A stretch of DNA of 64,000 nucleotides from Nitrospinaceae bacterium (GTDB lineage Bacteria; Nitrospinota; Nitrospinia; Nitrospinales; Nitrospinaceae). How positions within the stretch are numbered: the stretch's first letter is position 1; each line of letters opens with the position of its first letter. A model generated the notes under the pieces. It was not told the DNA's origin and made no database searches. It was given only the letters and a program-made list of their open reading frames with translations. A program made the translations under genes and the position numbers. Below are positions 20,251 through 29,821 of this stretch, in pieces. Location: assembly GCA_965223665.1 (NCBI GenBank), contig OZ245011.1, positions 1,504,001 through 1,568,000 on the forward strand, in the 5' to 3' direction.

Positions 20251-21480
20251 ATGGATAATCAACAGACGCTTTCAATAATTATTCCTCTCTTCCCAATTGC
20301 TTTGGGTATCGTAGGATGGATTGGAAAATTCTCGTTTTCCATGCTCCGACCTTTAGGATTAATGACGATTGTTGGTTTAGGAATGTTTCTGGGTTTTACG
20401 GTTGACCTGGACCCCACCACTCTCATTCTATCTTTTGCTGTTCTGCTCTCCGGGTTCTGCGTCATGCTTTGTCATGAGGATTCGCCAACGTCCCTGGAGA
20501 ATTGCCTTTTCGGTCTGATCCTGTTGGGACTGACACTGGGCACGTTGCTGGGTGAGGGACTGGTGAGCCGGCTCTTTCTATGTGGTCTTTTGGGTTTCAC
20601 CACATTTTCTTTAATTCGTGAAAAAAGTCGTTCATTTCGAACTACTTTGATTCTTATACATTTTATTATTGCAATCCTTCTCTCTTTAAGTTCCCCCTTA
20701 GGTGGAGAAACATTGCAAAGGCTGGCCAGTTTATTTCTGGCCATCACCTTTTTACCCCTGTTTCCTTTTCATCTTCCATTTGTCGGGACGATTGAAGCCG
20801 CCAGAGGAAATCTCGCAAGTTTTTGGATTGTCATTTGGCTGGCCATCGGGTTGGCAGAACTGAACCATATTTTTTCTACACTTTCAACGGAAACAGTTTT
20901 AGTTATCGGTTTATTATCTCTGGTCAGTGCGTTTTATTCGTCTTTGGCCGCTTTGGGACAAAAGCAAATCAATTTGTTCGTGGCCGCTGCCACGATGGCC
21001 CATGTATCCCTTCTTTGGGGATTACTGAATGTGTTTCCGAATTTTTCCAAGTGGGGAATCACATTTGGCGTAGCGGTCGCATTTATGTTAGGGGGCATCT
21101 GCCTTGCATTTTCTTTTGTTCGAAACCGGTATGGATGGCAAACTATTGGAAAACTTCCGGGACTGGGCTCTCCCATGCCCCGATTTGGCAGAATGATGAT
21201 TCTTCTGGTAAGTGTTTCACTGTTTCTCCCAATGTTTCCCACGTTTTCAGGTTTCACGATGATGCCGACGACCGCAACATCAGATGTTAAGTTCCTTCAG
21301 GTTTTTGTAATGTTTATCGCGGTCTGGTTGGGAGGAGGCTGGTACTTCCTGCAAATGCTTCATCAAACGGCTTTTGGAGAAGCACGCCGGGACGTTCCCT
21401 ATACTGATTTGCGGGCATCCGAAATGACCGCAGTGACAGTTTTAATATTAGGTGCTTGTTATAGCGGGCTGCTCTACTAA
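20251..21480 (+). CDS. NuoM/MrpD-like proton-conducting membrane subunit in the dab operon
   Basis: Highly hydrophobic; PLFPFH, GLGSPMP, PTFSGF, DLRASE. Confidence 0.8.
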   Translation: MDNQQTLSIIIPLFPIALGIVGWIGKFSFSMLRPLGLMTIVGLGMFLGFTVDLDPTTLILSFAVLLSGFCVMLCHEDSPTSLENCLFGLILLGLTLGTLLGEGLVSRLFLCGLLGFTTFSLIREKSRSFRTTLILIHFIIAILLSLSSPLGGETLQRLASLFLAITFLPLFPFHLPFVGTIEAARGNLASFWIVIWLAIGLAELNHIFSTLSTETVLVIGLLSLVSAFYSSLAALGQKQINLFVAAATMAHVSLLWGLLNVFPNFSKWGITFGVAVAFMLGGICLAFSFVRNRYGWQTIGKLPGLGSPMPRFGRMMILLVSVSLFLPMFPTFSGFTMMPTTATSDVKFLQVFVMFIAVWLGGGWYFLQMLHQTAFGEARRDVPYTDLRASEMTAVTVLILGACYSGLLY

Positions 21481-21524
21481 AGCCTCTTTGTTAAATTTTT
21501 TCAGGAGTTCGGCAGGATAAAATC

Positions 21525-24500
21525 ATGGCTACCCTTGAGGAAAAAGAAACGAATACGAAAATGGAAACGAAGCGGATTGAACTCCGTTCCTTCGTGAACC
21601 TGGCTGGAGAGCCGGTTTCCCATTTCTGGCCCATGTCAACATTTATCCATCATAATCCGCTGCATGGCCTGGAACATTTCCATTTTGAAAAAGCCGTTAA
21701 AGAAGCAGAACGGTTTTTGGGGGGAAAAGGCTATTTACCCAACGAATACTACCGGGATTATTTTAAGCAGGGGCGAATCACCGAGGAAGCACTGAATAAA
21801 GTTTTAAAAGACGTGTCTAAAGACACCGTTCTCGAAATCGGTGATAAAAAAATCTCTCACCAGGAATTTCTGAAAGAGCTATTAATCAATGGCTCCGGGA
21901 AAGTCGCCGCAGATGTGGCTCCGGCAGTTTTGCAATCCACTTACAATCAACCGGAAGTAAACGATCTGGTTAAAAAAATTCAGGGATTGTCAGAAGCCAA
22001 AGAAACTAAAATATCTCTGCAGGACTATTCCAATCGCGAGCAAAATGAACTGGCAACCCAGTATACCCTTGGGGAATGGTGCGACCAGTCGCTTGGCACC
22101 GATGTACAGCATCAAATCAACAGCGAAATAGTAAAGTGGGTGAGCGGTTTTCTGGACGAAGGACATGCCCCCTGGAGCATGCCGCATCGAGACAAAACTT
22201 TTTACGGCGGTTGGAAGACCCTGGCTCTGGAAGATGCCTCGGGTCCCTTAATGGGAATTGCCAAGTGGAAAGAAAAAATTAAAAACTTACCCGATCGACC
22301 GGAAGACGCGATTTTGGAATGCATGGATCACTTGTCCATTCCCAAAGAATTGTGGATCGACTATTTCAGTTTACATATGGCTGAATTGGCCGGATGGACG
22401 GGATTCCTCAAATGGCGTTCGGAGCAAGTGGATTACGAATGGCAAAACGCGTTTCCTATTGATCTTATCAAGTACATGGCCGTCCGGATGTTTTACGAAC
22501 GAGAACTGGTGGAACTGGCCTGTCGCGCCAAGCTGAATATTCCCGGAAGTTATACTTCGATTCGAGCTTACCTCAAAAATTTCTCTGTGGGATACGGTCT
22601 CTATAAGGATAACCTGACTAAAGTGTTGCCGGAAGAAATCGGCAGCAGTATGGAGATGTCGCTCTTCCTGCAGCAACCTTTACGCATAGAAGAATTGAAT
22701 CGATGCGATCCCAAGTTGATTTCAAAATGGGAAGAAATTCGGAATCAGCAAAACACAGACGTTCAGGCTTTGATCACTTTACATCTTGCTAAATCGTTAA
22801 ACGTTTCTTTACAGGATATTTTGAACAGCGATTCCGAGACATTAAACACTTTGCTGGAGTGGGTCGAAGAGTTTCCTGAATCCAAACATGGAGTCATCTG
22901 GCTCAAGGCTTTGGAATCCAGCTTCATCACAGGTTTTGTCAAAAAATTCTCCGGTAATATTGAAAAATTAAAAAAGATAGACTCGGCTGAAGATAAAACG
23001 ACGGAATCGCGTCCGCTTTCTCAATCTATTTTTTGTATCGATGTCCGATCGGAAGGTTTCAGAAGACACCTGGAAGAAGTCGGCGGGAATGAAACGTTTG
23101 GATTCGCCGGATTTTTTGGAGTGCCTATCTGCTATCAGGGATTTTCCGAGGAGCATCAAACGGACCAGTGCCCTGTCCTGTTGAAACCCGTACACGTGGT
23201 TAAAGAAATTCCCCGTGCCTACCAGGCGAAGGCCGCACAGGATTTTCTGGAAGGACAACAACTCGCCAAGGCGGGACACACGTTGCTGCACGATTTGAAA
23301 GAAAACGTGATCACTCCTTATGTAATGGTAGAAGCCATTGGCTGGTTCTTTGGACTCAGACTTTTTGGGCAAACGTTACGACCGAAGTGGTTCAAAAAAC
23401 TGACCTCGTGGATCAAGGATCTTTATACGGTTTCTATTGGGACCACGCTGACGGTAGACAAAATCCAACGGGACGAAGCTCACGAAATGGTTTCCACTAA
23501 ACACCGGGCAGCCATTTACCGGCTTTTAATTGAACAATACGGTTCGCTGGGTGCTACCGTTTCTCACGAACAGGTGGAACGTTTGCGCAAACTGGCGATG
23601 AATGAAATTGCAATCGACAGCCCCGAAAATCAGGAGTTGAATCAATTGTTACAGTGGACTCAACCCAACCTGGAACGATTTGTTGAACAACTGAGAAAAG
23701 AGTTCGACGTCAACGAACGAGATGTGGACCGTCAAATGCGACGGATCACTCAGGCCGGGTTTACCGTCGAGGAGCAGGCCATTTACGTGGAAACGGCTTT
23801 ACGGGTTTTGGGATTCAAAACTTTTGCCCGGCTCATATTGCTTTGCGGGCATGGCAGCACTTCCGATAACAACCCCTACGAATCCGCACTGGATTGCGGC
23901 GCGTGCGGTGGGAACCACGGAATGTCGAACGCGCGAGCCCTGGCCGTTATGGCCAACAAACCTGAGGTGCGAAAGCTGTTGGCGGAAAAAGGTCTGGAGA
24001 TTCCTGCGGATACCCATTTTCTCCCGGGACAGCATGACACCACAACCGACGAGGTGGAGCTTTTTGATTTGGAAGACATGCCCGCCACGCATCGGAAAGA
24101 TTTAATTCGGCTTCAACAGCATCTCCAGGAAGCCGGAGAGAGAAACAGCCGGGAGCGTTTAGCCCGAATGCCTGACGAGTCCGATACCAATGGAGATTTT
24201 TACGCTTTAAAACGGACCATTACTCGAAGCATCGATTGGTCCCAGGTTCGACCGGAATGGGGACTTTCCAAACATACGGCTTTTATCGCAGGCCGTCGAT
24301 TGTTGACGAAGGGACTCAATTTAGAAAGCCGGACCTTTTTACATTCTTATGATTACTCCAAAGATCCGGAAGGCAAATATCTGGAAATTATCATGACCGC
24401 TCCCATGGTGGTGGGACAATGGATTAATATGGAACATTATTTTTCCACGGTGGACCAAAGCGTTTATGGAGCGGGAAGCAAAGCGTATCATAATGTGGTG

Positions 24501-24773
24501 GGTCGAGTCGGCGTCATGTTTGGCACCCAAAGCGACCTTTGTGTCGGACTCCCGGTTCAAACCGTTTTTGATGGTGAAAAACCTTACCACGAACCCATGC
24601 GATTGTTTGTTATAATAGAAGCGCCGTTGAAAATGATTGCCACGATCATTTCGCGACATACTATCTTGCAACGATTGACTGGAAACCAATGGCTCCATAT
24701 TGTCGCCCTGGATCCTGAAAGCAGTCAATTTCACCTCTTTCAGGCGCCGAACAATTGGCAACCGATTCAATAA
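21525..24773 (+). CDS. dabA: DabA (DUF2309/UPF0753) beta-carbonic-anhydrase-like subunit
   Basis: WPMSTFIHHNPLHGLE; Zn-site motifs FCIDVRSE, CGHGS, LDCGACGG; RPEWGL, HEPMRL. Confidence 0.95.
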   Translation: MATLEEKETNTKMETKRIELRSFVNLAGEPVSHFWPMSTFIHHNPLHGLEHFHFEKAVKEAERFLGGKGYLPNEYYRDYFKQGRITEEALNKVLKDVSKDTVLEIGDKKISHQEFLKELLINGSGKVAADVAPAVLQSTYNQPEVNDLVKKIQGLSEAKETKISLQDYSNREQNELATQYTLGEWCDQSLGTDVQHQINSEIVKWVSGFLDEGHAPWSMPHRDKTFYGGWKTLALEDASGPLMGIAKWKEKIKNLPDRPEDAILECMDHLSIPKELWIDYFSLHMAELAGWTGFLKWRSEQVDYEWQNAFPIDLIKYMAVRMFYERELVELACRAKLNIPGSYTSIRAYLKNFSVGYGLYKDNLTKVLPEEIGSSMEMSLFLQQPLRIEELNRCDPKLISKWEEIRNQQNTDVQALITLHLAKSLNVSLQDILNSDSETLNTLLEWVEEFPESKHGVIWLKALESSFITGFVKKFSGNIEKLKKIDSAEDKTTESRPLSQSIFCIDVRSEGFRRHLEEVGGNETFGFAGFFGVPICYQGFSEEHQTDQCPVLLKPVHVVKEIPRAYQAKAAQDFLEGQQLAKAGHTLLHDLKENVITPYVMVEAIGWFFGLRLFGQTLRPKWFKKLTSWIKDLYTVSIGTTLTVDKIQRDEAHEMVSTKHRAAIYRLLIEQYGSLGATVSHEQVERLRKLAMNEIAIDSPENQELNQLLQWTQPNLERFVEQLRKEFDVNERDVDRQMRRITQAGFTVEEQAIYVETALRVLGFKTFARLILLCGHGSTSDNNPYESALDCGACGGNHGMSNARALAVMANKPEVRKLLAEKGLEIPADTHFLPGQHDTTTDEVELFDLEDMPATHRKDLIRLQQHLQEAGERNSRERLARMPDESDTNGDFYALKRTITRSIDWSQVRPEWGLSKHTAFIAGRRLLTKGLNLESRTFLHSYDYSKDPEGKYLEIIMTAPMVVGQWINMEHYFSTVDQSVYGAGSKAYHNVVGRVGVMFGTQSDLCVGLPVQTVFDGEKPYHEPMRLFVIIEAPLKMIATIISRHTILQRLTGNQWLHIVALDPESSQFHLFQAPNNWQPIQ

Positions 24774-24803
24774 AATAATCTTGTTGAGGAGTATAGAGAA
24801 ATC

Positions 24804-25130
24804 ATGAATGGCATAACACTTCACCCAATGAAAGAAATTAAAATCATCATTGAAGGCGAACATCTTCATTTCGTGACGGATGTCCTGGACCGGATTAAAG
24901 CAAGCGGTTATACGATTTTTAACAACATCTCAGGAAAAGGCCATAGCGGATTTCACGAAGGACATTTGATGTTCAACGACACGAGTAGTCTGCAAATGAT
25001 TTTAACCGTGGTACCCGAAGAAAAACTCGAACCGATTTTATCCGGCATCAAACCCTTTCTGGAACGTCACTCCGGAAGTCTGTTTGTTTTAGATGCCAGC
25101 GTGCTTCGACCCGCTCATTTCGATTCCTAA
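24804..25130 (+). CDS. PII-like (SbtB/DUF190-type) regulatory protein
   Basis: MKEIKIIIEG...GYTIFNNISGKGHSG; last gene of the dab operon. Confidence 0.85.
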   Translation: MNGITLHPMKEIKIIIEGEHLHFVTDVLDRIKASGYTIFNNISGKGHSGFHEGHLMFNDTSSLQMILTVVPEEKLEPILSGIKPFLERHSGSLFVLDASVLRPAHFDS

Positions 25131-25282
25131 CCGGTGCGCCGCGCTTTGAAGCGCACCCTTCAAACTTCCCTCTTCCAGTCCCGGACTGGACTGCGTGCCT
25201 CTGTCCCGAGAATTAATTTACCATTATCTGTTATGGTGCAAAACTCCTGGAAGCTTTTCTATAGTCATATTGGCTATAGAAT

Positions 25283-25411
25283 AAGACCTTCTTTAGAAAA
25301 TAATATCTAAAAGGGAAGCCGATGTGCTCCCCCTTTCATGAATGGGGAGCACATGGGTCTTCACTTTTGAGTTAACTTAGATTGCGCAGTAATCCTTTTA
25401 TGCAAGATTCT
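25283..25411. mobile_element. Collapsed MITE (family C) remnant
   Basis: AAGACCTT... inner IR ATGTGCTCCCCCTTTC / GGGGAGCACATGGGT ... TTATGCAAGATTCT. Confidence 0.55.
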
Positions 25412-25584
25412 GTTTCAGAAAGCCGCTTTTAACTTACCACTATACTTTGGATCAATTGCCCTATTGATCCCAATGAGTTTAAAGACGTATAATATTCTAC
25501 CTGCCAGAATCACAAATCATTAAAGCTGATCTGGATGAATTATAGCGGAACCCACTCCTGTTCCAAACGTTGAATAGGTTGCCC

Positions 25585-27366
25585 ATGACTCAAGACCAAA
25601 TTCTAATTTTCTCTACCCTTGCGGCGATTCTGGTTCTTTTTGTCTGGGGAAGAATCCGTTATGACATTGTCGCATTTATGGGGCTCATCCTGGCGGTTTT
25701 GCTGGATTTGGTTCCTTCTCAAAACGCATTTTCCGGATTTGCTCATCCCGCCACCATAACGGTTGCCGTGGTGCTGATCGTCAGTCGCGGGCTTTTAACC
25801 TCGGGCGCGGTAGACCTCATTTTAAGCAAGATCGTCATTCCAACAAAACTTGTCTCGGCGCAGGTGGCATCGCTCTCCGGTATTGCCGCCGTACTTTCTA
25901 TGATCATGAACAACATCGCCGCTTTGGCTCTATTAATGCCGGCGGGAATTGAATCCTCCGAAAAAGCCAAGCGATCCCCCTCGCTTATTTTAATGCCCAT
26001 GGCCTTTGCCTCCATCCTGGGCGGTCTCGTCACTCTGATCGGTACGCCGCCTAATATCATTGTGGCTAACTTCAGAACTGAGGTGAAAGGGACTCCTTTT
26101 GGAATGTTCGACTTCAGTCCGGTGGGGGGTTTGATCGCCGTCGTCGGGGTGGCCTTTGTTGCTTTTGCCGGATGGAGGATGATTCCCAAAACCAGAAGAA
26201 AAAAAATGGTCAAGGAAGAACTGATTAAAATTGAAGATTACATTTCAGAAGTTCGCTTTGCAGAAGATTCCAGGTTAATCGGTCTCCCCTTCAATGAAGT
26301 GGACCTGCAGGCCGAAAAATTTGATGTCGAAATTGTCGGAATGATCCGTGGCAAGCGGCGCATCATGGCTTCCCTTCGTCATCAGGAAACACAAGTGGGA
26401 GATATTCTGATTGTCAAAGCGGCGGCCAAAGATCTTGATAAATTTCTTAAAGACAGCAAACTGGTTTTTGTTGAAGGCGTCAAGAAAAATACTTCCTTAT
26501 TAAACTCGGAATTCACCACCTTTATGGAAGTGGTGGTGACGCCGCGTTCGAGAATGGAAGGCCAGACGTTTGCCTCCCTTCGGCTAAAGCACCGTTACGG
26601 CGTTCACCTTCTCGGAGTGTCCCGGCAAGGCAAACCCATTCAGAAGCGTCTTTTGAAATTTCAGTTTCAGGGAGGAGATGTGCTTCTCCTGCAGGGGGTT
26701 TCCGAAAGTCTTTTTGAATTGGCCTCCACCTATGGCTGCCTGCCTCTGGCGAAACGCGGCCTGAATTTTGGAACCGCTAAAAAGGCGGGACTGGCGATTG
26801 GTATTTTTGCGGTGGCTATACTTTTTGCCACCCTGGGGTGGGCTTCAATACCGATTGCCCTTGCGGTCGCGGCGATACTGATGGTTTTCTTAAATATAGT
26901 TCCTATTCGAAATATTTATGATGGGGTGGACTGGCCCGTGATCATTTTGCTGGGATCCATGATTCCTTTAGGAGAAGCTCTGAAAACCACCGGCGGAACA
27001 CAAATCATTGCGGAGTCTATTGCAGGGTTGGCAGGAAACCTGGAACCTGTTTTGATACTGACGATTGTTATGATCGTTACCATGACCCTCTCGGATGTGA
27101 TGAACAATGCGGCAACCGCTGTTGTGATGGCTCCCGTGTCGGTGAGTATTGCCAGTCAGTTGGGATTGAATGTCGATGCTTTTCTCATGGCGGTGGCGGT
27201 TGGGGCATCCTGTGCGTTTTTGACACCGATCGGCCATCAGAACAACGCCTTAATCTGGGGACCCGGCGGTTATAAGTTCAGCGATTACTGGAGAATGGGT
27301 TTACCACTGGAAATCTTAATCGTGGTCATAGCCGTTCCCGCAATCCTCTTCTTCTGGCCTCTCTGA
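25585..27366 (+). CDS. SLC13/CitMHS-type permease with two TrkA-C domains
   Basis: MNNIAALA, GGLVTLIGTPPNI, FLTPIGHQNN, GGYKFSDYWRMGLPL; central GDILIV / GDVLLLQG domains. Confidence 0.92.
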   Translation: MTQDQILIFSTLAAILVLFVWGRIRYDIVAFMGLILAVLLDLVPSQNAFSGFAHPATITVAVVLIVSRGLLTSGAVDLILSKIVIPTKLVSAQVASLSGIAAVLSMIMNNIAALALLMPAGIESSEKAKRSPSLILMPMAFASILGGLVTLIGTPPNIIVANFRTEVKGTPFGMFDFSPVGGLIAVVGVAFVAFAGWRMIPKTRRKKMVKEELIKIEDYISEVRFAEDSRLIGLPFNEVDLQAEKFDVEIVGMIRGKRRIMASLRHQETQVGDILIVKAAAKDLDKFLKDSKLVFVEGVKKNTSLLNSEFTTFMEVVVTPRSRMEGQTFASLRLKHRYGVHLLGVSRQGKPIQKRLLKFQFQGGDVLLLQGVSESLFELASTYGCLPLAKRGLNFGTAKKAGLAIGIFAVAILFATLGWASIPIALAVAAILMVFLNIVPIRNIYDGVDWPVIILLGSMIPLGEALKTTGGTQIIAESIAGLAGNLEPVLILTIVMIVTMTLSDVMNNAATAVVMAPVSVSIASQLGLNVDAFLMAVAVGASCAFLTPIGHQNNALIWGPGGYKFSDYWRMGLPLEILIVVIAVPAILFFWPL

Positions 27367-27409
27367 CTGGCTGGCCTCTGTATCATAGCCGCATGAAGAG
27401 ACGAACCTT

Positions 27410-27799
27410 ATGAAATCATTTAAAGAGAATCTTACAAAGAGCGAGGCGAAAATTATCGACAGCATGAGAAAGATAATTACCACCACCGACGCCACTGTGG
27501 AAGAATCTATCGGCCAAATCATGTCTCAGGAAGACTGCTACATCTATAAACAGGAAGACGTTTTCAAATATGGTTTAGCTAAAACAAAAAACCACTTCTC
27601 ATTCCATTCGATGGTGATGTACGCCCATAATGAAATTCGCGAGAACCTCAGCAATAGCGACGCCAATTTAAAACTGCAAAAAGGCTGTGTGAATTTCACC
27701 CGTGCTGAAGACTTTCCTCTGAAACTTTTTGAAAATTTAATGAAACGTTCCGCCTCAATGGATTTTTCTTCTGTCATCGAACATTACAAGAATAAATAA
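27410..27799 (+). CDS. DUF1801/YdhG-like protein
   Basis: LAKTKNHFSFH, KGCVNF. Confidence 0.7.
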   Translation: MKSFKENLTKSEAKIIDSMRKIITTTDATVEESIGQIMSQEDCYIYKQEDVFKYGLAKTKNHFSFHSMVMYAHNEIRENLSNSDANLKLQKGCVNFTRAEDFPLKLFENLMKRSASMDFSSVIEHYKNK

Positions 27800-27827
27800 G
27801 GATCGTAAAATAGTGTAGAATAACCAA

Positions 27828-28715
27828 ATGAAAAAATTCATCAGTTTCATCCTCGTTCTTACATTCATTTCCCCGGCCCAAGCTGAAAAGGATATTGACC
27901 TAAATGATTTTGACCCGGACGTATCTCATTGGATAGAGATAAAAAGACCAGAAAACAATCTCTCACCGGAAGGAGGGGTATTCACTTCTAGCGCTAATTT
28001 TTCAAAACTAAATTGGAAAGTGAGAGAAGACGAAGGAACCATAAAAGCCAGCCTGAATGAACTCGTACCAAAAGAAAAGCCAAAATTCACACCCAAAACC
28101 CCCCAGTTCAATGGAGGACATCGATTCAAGAAGGTGGAGGATGGTTGGCTGGTCGGATTCAATGAGGGCGAATTTGGAGGCGAGCTGTGGTGGTTTTCTA
28201 ACAATGGCCAATCCTCATATAAAATTTCTGATGATCAGATAAATCAATTTATTTTTACAAACAGGAGTATCTTCGCCATCCAGGGGTTAGCGCATTTGGG
28301 CTCTAGAAGAGGAAGTCTAATAAAAATAGATAAAAAGGATGGCCGTTGGGTTTCTACACAAAAGATAGATTTTGGAGAATCGCCAGAAGCAATAATCAGG
28401 ATGGCGGACAACTGGTTTGCAATTGTATTGACGAATTCACTTGTTCGAGTAGATGAAAACTATAATGTCGCAAAAGTTTTGGAAGATGCCCACTGGGGTA
28501 CCTTTTACCCAAATTCTATTGCATCCAATAGTCCACAGTTGGTTTATGTTGGAATGCGTCAGTATGTAGTTGAAATTAATTTAAAAACAAGAAAAGCACG
28601 ATATCTAATTCCTGGAAAGAAATATTTGAATAAGCTACCCCCTGAACAGGAAGAAAGAATCAGAGAACAATATAGGGATTTTTCTAAAATATTAGAAAAG
28701 GAAAGAAGTGAATAA
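27828..28715 (+). CDS. Secreted hypothetical protein
   Basis: Signal peptide; GWLVGFNEGEFGGELWWF, IQGLAH, YPNS. Confidence 0.8.
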   Translation: MKKFISFILVLTFISPAQAEKDIDLNDFDPDVSHWIEIKRPENNLSPEGGVFTSSANFSKLNWKVREDEGTIKASLNELVPKEKPKFTPKTPQFNGGHRFKKVEDGWLVGFNEGEFGGELWWFSNNGQSSYKISDDQINQFIFTNRSIFAIQGLAHLGSRRGSLIKIDKKDGRWVSTQKIDFGESPEAIIRMADNWFAIVLTNSLVRVDENYNVAKVLEDAHWGTFYPNSIASNSPQLVYVGMRQYVVEINLKTRKARYLIPGKKYLNKLPPEQEERIREQYRDFSKILEKERSE

Positions 28716-28801
28716 TTATCACCTCTTTCTTAATTTGGTATAAATTTAATTGAAAGTTAGAATCAGGCAATCCAATCCGGTAGTAAAGTAAGGAGACATA
28801 A

Positions 28802-29008
28802 ATGTCGCAAGTGATACTTAATCCCGATGAAGCAAAATCATTGGCCAGAGCCCTGAGTCATTTATTCGTTAGAGAAAGAACAGGGGAGCTTGGGATTACT
28901 CACGGCATGAATCGTTTTGTGAGCACGGATGATCGTTTTAAGAAAAAAGATTTAGAACCTCCGCACTCCGTGTTTTCTAAACTGGGCATCACCTTAACTG
29001 CTGAGTAA
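28802..29008 (+). CDS. Small hypothetical protein
   Basis: SD AAGGAG upstream of ATG, 68 aa. Confidence 0.55.
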   Translation: MSQVILNPDEAKSLARALSHLFVRERTGELGITHGMNRFVSTDDRFKKKDLEPPHSVFSKLGITLTAE

Positions 29009-29047
29009 CTTTTGACGGTTTAAACAGTACATTTCATGTCTATCATC

Positions 29048-29165
29048 TTAATGCCCCATAAATTCATAGGGTGAATCCAATACCCTTTCCGGCATACACT
29101 ATTTTCCCAAGTGGGTTGACTCCGCTTAGTTATACCACAATTGCATGTCCGCTTATGTCGGATTC
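29048..29165 (-). pseudogene. Internally deleted copy of the 36965-37495 unit (3' end + promoter + repeat A)
   Basis: TTAATGCCCCATAAATTCATAGGGTGAATCCA..ACCCTTTCCG (=36965ff) joined to AAGTGG.TTGACTCCG.TTAGTTATACCA (=37434ff), then ATGTCCGCTT. Confidence 0.85.
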
Positions 29166-29322
29166 CCGTCTATAACTCACTCCTGAAACATTCAAGATTT
29201 TGGGTCAACTCTGGAACCGTTTTTGGAGGCGGTCCGTGGTTCCGTTTTCAGGAATTTTTACTGCCAAACCGGTATCTAAATATATAGAGGGTAAGTTGTT
29301 ACTCTATTAAAAGGAGATGGTT

Positions 29323-29724
29323 ATGAAAGAGCTTAAAGCATCTGATGTTATGACCCGGCCAGTGGTTTCCGCCCGGCCCAAAGCTTCAACTCGGGATGTG
29401 GTTTTGCAGCTGACCACGGGTCTTTTTAGTGGCATGCCTGTAACAGAAAAAGGCGGCAAGGTGATTGGGATTATCACCGAACTCGATCTTTTGAGCGCGG
29501 TGGTTGAGAATAAAGAGTTGGTCAAGACAACTGTGGAAGAGATCATGAGCAAGGACGTAGTAACCGTGAGCCCGGATACCCCTGCGACTGATATAGTCAA
29601 AATCATGCGGGATAATAATTTACTCAGAGTTCCGGTGGTGAAAGAAGGTAAGTTGGTCGGTATCGTAGCGCGCAGTGATATTCTCAGATGCCTGATTGAA
29701 CCTGAGTTCGTAACTTATATGTAA
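29323..29724 (+). CDS. Tandem CBS-domain protein
   Basis: SGMPV...GKVIGIITELD, RVPVVKEGKLVGIVARSD. Confidence 0.92.
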   Translation: MKELKASDVMTRPVVSARPKASTRDVVLQLTTGLFSGMPVTEKGGKVIGIITELDLLSAVVENKELVKTTVEEIMSKDVVTVSPDTPATDIVKIMRDNNLLRVPVVKEGKLVGIVARSDILRCLIEPEFVTYM

Positions 29725-29821
29725 CAGGTTCCGGTTTCCCGGTGTTCCGTAATGGATTGCCGGGAAACTCCTGTTCGCGATACAAACGATTGCTTTACCT
29801 TTCTGAAAAGGATAACGCCCA

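Noticed and set aside
18276-21480. Respiratory complex I nuoL/nuoM
   Set aside because: No other nuo genes; operonic with DUF2309 and a PII-like gene, which indicates a DAB-type transporter.
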